From Camelus ferus (Eukaryota), in assembly GCF_009834535.1 (NCBI RefSeq), contig NC_045697.1, positions 62,498,001 to 62,562,000 of the forward strand: DNA of 64,000 nucleotides. Direction: 5' to 3'. The position numbers were made by a program, and so were the translations under genes. Below the pieces are notes generated by a model, which ran no database searches, was not told the DNA's origin, and saw nothing but the letters and a program-made list of their open reading frames with translations. This document shows positions 40,101 through 50,350 of the stretch, in pieces (within the stretch, counting starts at the first letter, position 1; each line of letters begins with the position of its first letter).

Positions 40101-40945
40101 GGTTGTGCTTTCATTATCATTTGTCTCAAGGTATTTTTAATTTCAGCTTTGATTTCCTCATTGATCCATTGTTTTTTCAATAACATATTGTTTAATCTCC
40201 ATGCTTTCCTTTTTTTCTCCTTTGTTTCTCTGTTGTTGATTTCCAGTTTCATGGCATTGTGGTCAGTAAAGATGCTTGAGATAATTTCTATCTTCTTAAA
40301 ATTGTTGAGGTTTCTTTTGTGCCCAAGTACATGATCGATCCTGGAAAATGTTCCATGTGCACTTGGAAAGAATGTATATCCTATTTTTGGGGGGTGTAAT
40401 GCTCTGAAAATATCCACCAGATCTAGTTGTTCTATTGTAGTATTTAATTTCTCTGTTGCCTTGTTTATTTTCTGTCTGGAAGATCTGTCTAGTGATGTTA
40501 ATGTGGTGTTAAAATCTCCAACTATGATTGTATTCCCATCAATATCCCCCTTTATCTCTGTTAGTAATTCTTGTATGTACTTAGGTGCTCCTATATTGGG
40601 TGCATATATATTAACGAGTGTAATATCCTCATCTTGTATCACTCCTTTAATCATTATAAAATGTCCTTCTTTATCTTTCTTTTTGGACTTTGTTTTAAAG
40701 CCTATTTTGTCTGAAATCAGTACTGCAACACCTGCTTTTTTGGCTTTTCCATTTGCATGGAATATCCTTTTCCATCCTTTCACTCTCAATCTATATGTGT
40801 CCTTCTCCCTAAAGTGGGTCTCTTGTATGCAGCATATTGAAGGTTCTTGCTTTATTATCCAGTCTGCCACTCTGTGTCTTTTGACTGGAGCATTTAGTCC
40901 ATTAACATTTACAGTAATTAATGATAGATGTGTGTTTATTGCCAT
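37148..40945 (-). pseudogene. L1 ORF2p (APE endonuclease, reverse transcriptase, CCHC), disrupted
   Basis: EN motifs NVNGLN, CIQETH, VGDFNT, SRIDH; RT motifs QGCPLSP and LYADD; CWRGC..HCWWEC. Lesions: -1 at 40134-40138, +1 at ~39988, +1 at 39528-39529, TAA at 39235-39237, -1 at ~37872. Confidence 0.97.
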
Positions 40946-41349
40946 TTTGAACTTATCTTTGCAGTTGAATTGGTATATCCTCTTTGTTCCTTTCTTCTTC
41001 CTTTTGTGGTTTGGTAATTTTCCTTTGTATTATCATGGATTTTATTTAATTTTTGTGACTCCTTTGTAAATTTTTGGCTTGTGGTTACCCTTTTTTGTAA
41101 ATCTGTCAACCCATTACTATAACTGTTTTTATTAAACTGATAGTAACATGATCTCAAACCCATCCTACTGTTAAAAAAATTTAAAAAAGAAAGAAAAAAA
41201 TATTCTATATTTCCCTGCCTCCCTCTCCCACTCTCAGTGATTTGTATGTCTTCTTTTATAATTTCATGTTTACTTTATTTGTAATTCATGAGTTATCACC
41301 TTTCCAGTTGTGTGTTTCTCATTTCTGTAGCATCCTGCTGCTTTTCTAT

Positions 41350-42253
41350 TTAGAATAGCCCTTTCAATATTTCTTTTAGCATGGGTTTAGTGTTGCTAAA
41401 CTCCTGCAGCTTTTTTTTTGTCTGTGAAACTCTTTATTTCTCCTTCTATCCTCAAGGATAGCCTTGCTGGATAAAGGATCCTAGGCTGCATCTTTTTTTC
41501 ATTCAGGGCTTTGAATATATCTTGCCACTCCCTTCTGGCCTGTAGTGTTTGTGTAGAGAAATCAGCTGAGAGCCTTATGGGGGTTCCCTTGTAACTTACG
41601 CTTTGCTTTTCTCTTGCTGCCTTTAGAATAATTTCTTTATCCTTGACTCTGGCCATCTTGATTATGATATGTCTTGGTGTGGGTCTATTTGGGTTCTTCC
41701 TGTTTGGGACCCTCTGAGCTTCCTGTACTTGGATATCTGATTCCTTCTTTAAATTTGGGAAGTTTTCAGTCATGATTTCTTCAAAAACCTTTTCAATCCC
41801 CTTTGATCTTTCTTCTCCTTCTGGGACCCCTATTATGCGAAGATTGGGGCGGTTTATATTATCCCATAGGTCCATTATGCTATTTTCATTATTTTTTATT
41901 TGCTTATCTTGTAGTTCTTCTGAATGGGTGCTTTCTATTGCCCTGTCTTCTAGATCACTAATTCGTTCCTCTGCATTATCTAGTCGGCTTTGCCCAGCTA
42001 TTAGATCATTCCTCATCTCTGTCAATGAGTTTACCCATTCTACTTGGCTCTTCTTTATAGCTTCAATTTCATTTTTGACATATTTTATATCTCTAAACAC
42101 TATCTCTTTTAATTCCTTCAGCAATTCGATCACTCCTTTTTTGAAATCTTGATCTAGTAGGCTATTGATGTCTATTTCGTTGATCTTTCTTTCAGGGGAT
42201 TTCTCTTGTTCTTTTAATTGGGAAAGGTTTTTCTGCTTCTTCATCTTGCTCAT
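41350..42253 (-). pseudogene. L1 ORF1p (coiled coil, RRM, CTD), frameshifted near the C-terminus
   Basis: RPNLRIIGVPEGEE, PRHIIIKM, ARREW, ILYPARLS motifs; one extra A in the run at 41411-41419 gives an early TAG at 41396, and removing it restores KKLQEFSNTKPMLKEILKGLF* ending at 41350. Confidence 0.96.
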
Positions 42254-43256
42254 ACCTCTTTGGCACTGTGGTTTATGGAGTATCAGTTGTTTATTTTGGT
42301 CCTTAAGGATTTTATCTATCTGATGCCTATTTAGGAATAGAACTTACGCAAAAAAGAAAAAAAATAGAGAGAGAAAGAAGTTTAAAAGAAGGGAGAAAGA
42401 GGGTTTGAAAACAGTGTATAATGATTAATAGAAGAGTGAGTTGAAGCAGAGTATTAATCGGGTTGAGATGTCCTTTTAAAACCTTTACAAAAAAGGGGGG
42501 GGGGAGATGAATAGATGTATTTGAAACCTGTGTCTAATCAATAGCAGGACATCAAAACTCAAGAGAAATAGAAATGAATTAAGAAGTAAAGATTAAGAGA
42601 GTAATAGAATATAGAACAGGTAAAAACAGATTTAAAAAAAGGGGGGGGGGGCGGTTTGTCAGTGTTCTCCTGGAGTCTGTGTGCTTTTAATGTGAAGTCT
42701 TTCTGTCTTCATCCTGTTTTGGAAGCTCAGCTTGCTGTTATCAGAGGCCCTCCGTTGGCGCCCTCTTCTGTGCTGCTCCCAGCACCTGTCGGCAAGCAGA
42801 TAGCGCCTCCTCCTAACACTGGGTCAGGTGCAGCTCTCCTCTGCTGTGGGCGGGCGGGTCGCTGCCCCTCTGGATGCCGCAGTCAGATGTTGCAGGACTG
42901 GCCGGGTAGGAGGGCGGGTCGTGCCCCCTCCCAGCACCTCGGTCAGGGGCTGTGTTCCTGCCCGAAAGGCGGGGTGGCCGCTCTCGCTCTACCTGCGCCG
43001 CCGGTAGTTCGGCTCTCTGTGCGGCTGCGCGCTCCGCCCTGGTCGGCGCTTCGCGGGTGGGCTCGGGGAAGACCGAGGGACAGCCCTGTCCCTGCTCCGA
43101 GCCAAAACCCAGCTCCTTGTTTGTCTTTGTGGAGCAAGTTCTCTTAGGGACCAGGATGGAAGGATCCTATCTGCCCTGGGCTGCAGGCCAGTCTCAGTCT
43201 GGCCTTTGAGGCTGCTAAGCCCTTCGGTGCGGATGCAGGTTTCGCCCCCGCCCCCG
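42254..43256 (-). promoter_or_regulatory. L1 5'UTR / internal promoter region (CpG-rich at ~42750-43256)
   Basis: Lies upstream of ORF1, many retained CpGs, GC-box-like GGGGGCGGGGGCG at the 5' end; the canonical CAAGATGGC YY1 start is not seen, so it may be slightly 5'-truncated. Confidence 0.75.
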
Positions 43257-43270
43257 GTATTCAACTTTTT

Positions 43271-44907
43271 AATTTTAATCTAAAGGTATAACTGACATAT
43301 AACACTATATTGCTTTCAGGTGTACAACATAATGTTTTGATACTAGTATATATTGTGAAATGATCACCACAATAAGTTTAGTTAACGTCCGTCACCATAC
43401 ATAGTTACAATTTGTGTATGTGTGTGATGAGAATGTTTAAGATTTACTCTTAACTTTCAAATATGCAAAATAGTATTATTAACTGTGGTCACCATGCTGT
43501 ACATTACATCCCATGACATTTATTTTATAACTTGAAGTTTATACTTTTTGAACACTTTCACCCATTTCACGCACTCCCTATCCCCTGCCTCTGGCAACTA
43601 CTGATCTGTTCTCTGTACCTATAAGCTTAATTTTTTTTCCCCTTAGATTCCACATATAAGTGAGATCATATGGTATTTGTCTTTCTCTGTCTGACTTCTT
43701 TCACTTAGCATGATACCCTTACGGTGCATCCACGTTTTTGCAAATGGCAAGGTTTTCTTTATTTTATGGCTGAATAATATTCCTTTGTGTATATAATATC
43801 TTTATGCAGTCGCCCATCAATGGGCGTTTAGGTTGTTCCTGTGTCTTGGCTATTGTAACTAATGCTGCAGTGAACATGGGGGTGCATATATCCTTCAAGT
43901 TAGTGGGGTTTTTTTTTTGTTTGTTTGTTTTCTTTGGATAAATACTTTGAAGTGAGATTGCTGGATCAGATGGTAGTTCTAGTTTTAATTTTCTGAGGAA
44001 CTTCCATACTGTCCCATAGTGACTACAGCAATTTACATTCCAGGCAATAATACAGAAGGGTTCCCTTTTCTCCACATTCTCCTGAACACTAGTTATTTGT
44101 CTTTTTGAAAATGGTATTCTAGCAGGTGTGAGGTGATACCTTATTGTGGTTTTAATTTGCATTTCTCTGATGAGTGATGTTGAACACCTTTTCATAGTTG
44201 GCCATCTGTATGTCTTCTTTGAAGAAATATCTATTCAGAGCCTTTGCCCAGTTTTAAATCAATTTGTTGTTTTTTCTTTTTTGCTATTGAGTTGTAAGAG
44301 TCTTTATATATTTTGGACATTAACTTTTTATTAGATACAGGATTTGCAAATATTTTCTCCAATTCAGTATGTTGCCTTTTTGGTGGTGTTGATAGTTTCC
44401 TTTGCTACACAGAAGCTTTTTAGTTTAATGTGGTCCCATTTATTTACTTATTTATTTAGACTTTTGTTGCCTTTGCTTTTGGTGTCAAATCCAAAAAATT
44501 ATTGCCAAGACCAATGGCAAGGCACTTCCCACTGTGTTTTCTTCTAGGAGTTTTATAGTTTTAGGTCTTACATTCAAGTTTTTAATCCATTTTGAGTTAA
44601 TTTTTTGTATGGTGTAAAATAGTGGCCCAGTTACATTCTTTTCCATGTGGATATCCAGTTTCCCCAACGTCATTCATTGAAGAGACTGTCCTTTCCCCAC
44701 TGTATATTCTTGGCTTCTTTGTTGTAAGTTAATTATTTATTGAAGGTACTGTTTCTTTCTCATTGTATTTTCTTAGTCCCTTTGTTGTAAATTAATTGAC
44801 AAAGTATGCATGAGTTTATTTCTGGGCTCTCTACTCTGTTCCAACACATACTGTTTTGATTACTATAGCTTTGTAATACAGTTTGAAATCACAGAGTGTG
44901 ATGCCTC
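43271..44907 (-). mobile_element. Older 5'-truncated L1 (L1MA9-like) 3' ~1.6 kb
   Basis: ggtataactgacatataacac...tttcaggtgtacaacataatg 3' end; decayed ORF2 peptides ([30 protein letters not shown]). Confidence 0.9.
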
Positions 44908-45149
44908 ATATTTTACTTTTGGCTTAAGCTACATGCCACTGAGACAGCAGTTTTAGATATTTTAGATAGGAAACTAATATAGAAAAAATTGTTTTTACTC
45001 AATTGTAATAGCAAATAATATTTTTTGAGCACTTACTCCATGAGTAGCATTCTCTTTTATTTAATCCTGACAAAAAGCCCATAATACACTACTTTTTTTC
45101 TCACTTTACAGATGGAGACTGGGAGATACTAATTTATTTATTCCTCAAA

Positions 45150-45673
45150 TGTATTAGTTATCTATTGCAGTGTAACAAATTTTCACAAATTTAGCAGCTT
45201 AGAACAACATACATTTATTATCTCAGTTTCAGGAATCTGGACATGACTTAGCTGAGTCCTTTGCTTTATGGTCTCACAGGCTGCAGTCCAGGAGTCAGCC
45301 AGGGCCAGAGCCTCATCCAAGGCTCAGTTGAGGAAGGGTCCACCTGTCATCACCAATGAATACTGACAAGGTTTAGTTCTGTTGGATTGAGAGTTGCTTT
45401 CTGGACATTGGCCAGAGCTGTTTTCTGTTCCTTGCCACATGGGCTTATCCCGATAGTGTCATCAATGCCAGCAAAGAGAGCCTGCTGGCAAGATAGGAGC
45501 TAAGTTACTCTCTTATGTAACCTAATGACAGAAATGACATTCTGTTGCTTTTCTAGCATTGGTTACAAGCAAGTTGCTACGTTAGCCCATACTCAAGAGG
45601 AGAGAAATACACAAAGGCTTAAATATTAGATGGCAGAGATCATTGAGAAGCATCATAGTGTCTACCCACCACA
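45150..45673 (-). mobile_element. MLT1 (MLT1D/E-like) solo LTR inserted in an L2/MIR relic
   Basis: tgtattagttatctattgc...gtgtctacccaccaca termini; the flanks rejoin to an L2-tail-like atttattcctcaaa/aatacttttgagcatctactatgtgc. Confidence 0.85.
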
Positions 45674-45937
45674 AAAAATACTTTTGAGCATCTACTATGT
45701 GCTTAACAAAATTCCCATATTCTAGAGAGCCTTAAAGTAGTTAAGCTAATAGCTCAAGGTGAAAAATTAAATAACTGAGGGAAGAAATCAGAAAAAGGAA
45801 GTTATTTGGATGGGGGTTTAGAGAGTATCTAAAAGTCCTCTCATAAATAATCTGCTACAGAGTAACTTTGGAGCCAGTAATAAGCTAAAACTTCACATCA
45901 AAAGGTGAGCTATCATTTACAAGCCCAACTAGGCAAT

Positions 45938-48360
45938 ACTTCTTGCTTTTCCCTTGATGTTTTTAATAATCTTGTGTTATCTTTAATTTTTGCCATGTTA
46001 ATTACAGTGTGTCTTGGTGTGATCCTCTTTGGGTTGATCCTGTTTAGAATTTTGTGTGCTTTCTGTACCTAGATGACTGTTTCTTTTCCCAGGTTAGGAA
46101 ATTTTTCAGCTATTATACCTTCAAATATACTCCCTGTCCCTTTCTCTCTCTTTTCTTTCTCGGATTCCCATAATGTGAATGTCTGTATGCTTGATGTTGT
46201 TCTAGGGGGTCTCTTAAACTGTCCTTAGTTCTTTTTATTCTTCTTTTGTTTGTTAGTTCAGCTTCAGTGATTTCCACTACTCTGTCTTCCAGCTCACTGA
46301 TCCTTTCCTTTGCATCATCTAATCTGCTGTTAGTTCCTTCTAGTGTATTTTTTATTTCAGTTATTGAATTCTTCAGCTCTGTTTGGTTCTTCTTTATATA
46401 CTCTAACTCTTTGTTAAATTGCTCACTGTTTTCATCCCTTCTGCTCCTGAGTTCTTTGATCTTTAGAAGCACTACTCTGAACTCTTTCTTGGGTAGATTG
46501 CCTATCTCCACTTCACTTAGTTTTTTTCTGCGGTTTTTATCCTGTCCTTCATTTGGAACATGTTCCTCTGTCACCTCAGATTTTGCCTAATTTGCTATTT
46601 TTATTTCTATGTATCTGAAATGTTGGTTACATTCCCTGACTTTGACAAAGTGACCTTTTATAGGAAATGTCCTCTGCATTCCTGCAGCACACTCCCCTCT
46701 GGTCACCAAAGCTATATGCTCTAGGGGCACCCCTTTGTAGGCTGTGTGGTTCCTTCTGTTGTGGTATGCTGACTACTGTGGGCAGTCTGGCCAGCATGGC
46801 TGGACCCCAATTCAGCTGATTACCAGGCCCTGCCTTGTGCCAAGGCTTCTGGCCACTGGTTGGGGGGCCAGGTCTTGAGGTAGCTGATGTGGAAACCTAA
46901 GATTTCTCAGGGCTAGAGCTGGCCCACTGGTGGGCAGAGTTTGGTTCTGGCATGGGTGGTTGAAGGGCTGGCATTCCTGGATCTAGTGTTGGCCTGCTGG
47001 TGGCTGGGCCCAACTCTTGACACAGCTGGCTATAGATTCTAGAGTGTTCCAAGGCTGATGCTGGCCTGTTGATAAGAGAACTGAATTCTGGGGCAGCTCT
47101 TTGAGGAGTCCAAGTTGTCCTGGAGCTGGTGTTGACCTGCTATTGGGTGGGGCCTGGATCCAAGGGGTTCTGGAGCTGGTCCTGGCCTGCTGGTGGGTAG
47201 CCTGGGTCCTGCCATGGCTGGCTGCTGGGCTGTGGTGATCCTGGGGCTGGTGTCCCTCCTGCTAGTGAGTGAGGCTGGAGCCTTGGGGATTCTGAGGCTG
47301 ATGCCTGCCCACTGGTGTGTGGAGCTGGTCCTTTTGCTAATGCTGGCCCTCTCATAGGAAGAGCCAGATCCTGTGGTCTCTGGCCACCAGGTCCAGGGTT
47401 CCCATGACTGGTTTCAACCCACTAGTGGCTGGGGTATGGTCCAGGAGGTCCTGGTGCTGGTGGCTTCCAAATTGTGGGTGAAATTCTGTCCTGAGTTCTC
47501 TGGCTGCAGGACCCTGGGGGTCCTGGGGTTTGTGCAACCCTACTGGGATGTGGGACCAAGTCTTCAGCCCTCTGGTGGACAGGACTGTGTCCTGGGGTGG
47601 TTGTGGGCTCAGGGGGTTAAGATAGCCTTCCTCTTGGTGGGTGGAGCTGTGTTCCTACTGGGCTAATTGCATGGTCTGAGGCTCCCAGTACTGGTGCTGA
47701 CAAGCTGGTGGGCAGGGTTAGGTTCCAGTGCTAATAAGCTAGAGGGAGAATTCCAAAGTGGTGTTTGCCAACACCAGTGTCCACATGGTAATATGAGCTC
47801 CTAAAAGTGGCTGCTGACACTGTCTGTGTTCCCAGGGTAGCTCCTATTGCCTCCTGCTTCTCTGGGAGACTCTCCAAGAATAGCAGGTGGATCTAACCCT
47901 TTCAAATTACTGCTTCTTCCCTGGGTATCCTGGAGTGTGTGAGATTTTGTTGCACCTTTTGAGAGTAGAGTCTCTATTTCCCACAGCCTTCTGACTCTCC
48001 CAAAAGTAAGACCTGCTGTGCTGGTCTTCAAAGCCAAACATTCTGGGGGCTCATCCTCCCACTGCAGTGTTTGCAGAGCCTGATATGGGGCTTGGACCCA
48101 TTGCTCTTTGGGGGGAGCTTCTGAAATTTTAATTATCCTGTTTGTGTGTCACTTACTCAGAGATATGGGTCTTTACTATACCATGACTCCACCCCTCCTG
48201 CCTCAACTCATTGTGGTTTCTTCTTTATATCTTTAGTTGTTGAAGATCTTTTCTGCTAGATTCTGGTCTTTCTCATCATAAATTGCTCTGCAAATAGTTG
48301 TAATTTTGATATGCCTGTGAGAGGAGATGACCTCTGGTCTTCCTACTCTGCCATCTTGCC
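45938..48360 (-). mobile_element. Older L1 5' half (complete 5'UTR plus N-terminal ORF1), lacking its 3' part
   Basis: 5' terminus GGCAAGATGGCAGAGTAGG (YY1-type motif at 48350-48358); ORF1 coiled coil ELEYIKKNQTELKNSITEIKNTLEGTNSRLDDAKERISELED at 46113-46574. Confidence 0.9.
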
Positions 48361-48823
48361 CAAGCTTCTTTGTTTTATTTTCAATGGATCTTAGAATATT
48401 TCAGCATGGAGGTGAGAAGTAGAGACTATTTGAAGGTGATGCCACCACAAACCTTCTGTTTCTCGAATTCACTTGTGAAATATTTTTCCTTTTTTTTTTT
48501 TTTGCTTAATTTATGAAGAAGGTGATACTTACTTCTCGATATTTTTGTTGTCATTTTTGCTATCAGTAAAATATTACCTAGATTGTCAAATTTTGATGTT
48601 TTGTGGAGTTTAAAAGTCCTCTTAGAGAACATGCAAGTGCAAAAGGAAGGGGGACGCATAACCAGCAACTTGGATCAAGTGTACATTCTGAGGCAAAGTG
48701 CCTTCTGTTGCTTCTTTGTTTCACAAACATATTATATTCATGAGGAAAAATAGCAAATCAAAATTTCTGCTGTTGAATAACTACTAAAACATTTTATAAT
48801 AGCTCTCTATCTTTATATATATG

Positions 48824-48830
<7 letters not shown>

Positions 48831-48864
<34 letters not shown>
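48831..48864. repeat. (AT)17 microsatellite
   Basis: Read directly. Confidence 0.95.
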
Positions 48865-48868
<4 letters not shown>

Positions 48869-48894
48869 CACACATGTAGTAATATTTATTTGCT

Positions 48895-49640
48895 TGCAGT
48901 CATTCTTGATTTTCTCTTTCCCATGTATCCCATAGCCAACATTTAAAACACGTCCAGAGTCTGACTACATCCTTCCACGTTCACTGCTACTGCTCTAGCT
49001 CAGCCCACTGTCATTTCTCCTCCTAGTGTCTCCACTTTCACCCTTGCCCCTTACAGTCCAGTGTCTACACAGAAGCCAGTACCATCCTTGTAAATGTACA
49101 TCAGTTTTAAGCTTCATTGCCCAGAATCTTCTACAGGTTTGCCATCTTAGAATAGTCAAAACCCTTACATTTTGCCCCAGAAGGCCTTTATGTCTACACC
49201 GCTCCTTGCCTTTCCCCTGTCTTTCCCTCCTCTTGCTCACCCTTTGCTACCCTGGCCTCCTTGCCATTCTTGAACACACTACCACGTGCTTTCCTGCAAG
49301 CCTTTGTACTTGCTCTTTTGTTTGATGGGCTAGAACATCCTTCCTCCAGATACCCACATGACTAGCTTCTCATTTCTTTCAGCTCAAAGATCACTTTGTT
49401 AGAGAGACCTTTCTTGACCATCTCCCACTTTGTTACTCTCTGTATCTCTTATCTGATTTTATCTCAATGAGTTTATTATTTATTTGCTTACTTACTGCTT
49501 GTCATCCCCACTAGAATGTAAGCTTCATGAGTGAGAGTAGGGGCTGGAATTTTTTAGTTCGCTGTTGGAGCCTTAGAGCTGAGAACAACTCCTGGCATGT
49601 ATAGGTTCTCACTAAGTTTTGTTGAATGGGTGAATAATTA
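48895..49640 (+). mobile_element. L2a 3' ~750 bp
   Basis: ccccactagaatgtaagcttcatgag...cctggcatgtataggttctcactaagttttgttgaatgggtgaat tail plus upstream L2 body motifs. Confidence 0.85.
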
Positions 49641-49699
49641 ATTGAACTAAAATATTGATATTAATAACAACAATAAACCTGAAATATAACAATATTTTT

Positions 49700-50350
49700 A
49701 AAAAATGTGTTCAGTGGCAATAAAAATAAAACTACATCATCAGGGGTTTTTTTTTCCTATGTGTATAGTATTCTACTATATCATAGAATATTTATCCCAT
49801 CCCTATTTTTGGATTTTTGTTTTCTTTCCCCAAATTGTTCAGACTATAGATAATAGTATAGCAAAAATATTATACATAAGTATTGTCACATACACACATA
49901 ATAAGCATAATTTTTTAGAAGTAAAATTGTTAATTCAGAGAATATGCTGACTCAGAGTAATATATACTATTAAAATGTCTACCAGAAAGATGGTACCAAT
50001 TTATATTCTTTCCAGCAAAAAATAAAAATATTAGTTTTCTCACATCCCTGCTAAGATCTAATATTAACAGACTTTTAAAACTTTTCCAAACTGAGATGTA
50101 AACTATGTTTTTCTTTAAAATTTCCATTTCCTCAATTACAAATGAATTTGCACACACTATGTTTTTATGAGTTAGCATTTTATATATTGTCTCATTGTTT
50201 TGTCTTTTGTTAAACAAATTATTTGCCATATGTGTTGCAAAACATCAATTTGTTATTTATATATTTCATGGTAAATTTTATTTCAATAAAAAAGATTTTC
50301 ATTTGTTTATAAACACATTTATATTTCAAATCAATAAAAAATTCATTTAA
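49700..50350 (-). mobile_element. Ancient L1 (L1ME-like) 3' fragment
   Basis: ttagaagtaaaattgttaattcagag...ccagaaagatggtaccaatttatattctttccagcaa...cctcacatccctgctaag. Confidence 0.55.

Larger units (their letters stand above)
36793..43256 (-). mobile_element. Near-full-length young LINE-1 (~6.46 kb)
   Basis: GC/CpG-rich 5'UTR, ORF1, ~400-nt spacer, ORF2, 3'UTR with AATAAA (tttatt at 36841), A tail; perfect 14-bp TSD GTATTCAACTTTTT at 36779-36792 and 43257-43270. Confidence 0.98.

Noticed and set aside
37650..42152. Several hydrophobic plus-strand ORFs (149, 118, 202, 126 aa and others)
   Set aside because: Standard antisense frames of L1 ORF1/ORF2, not genes.
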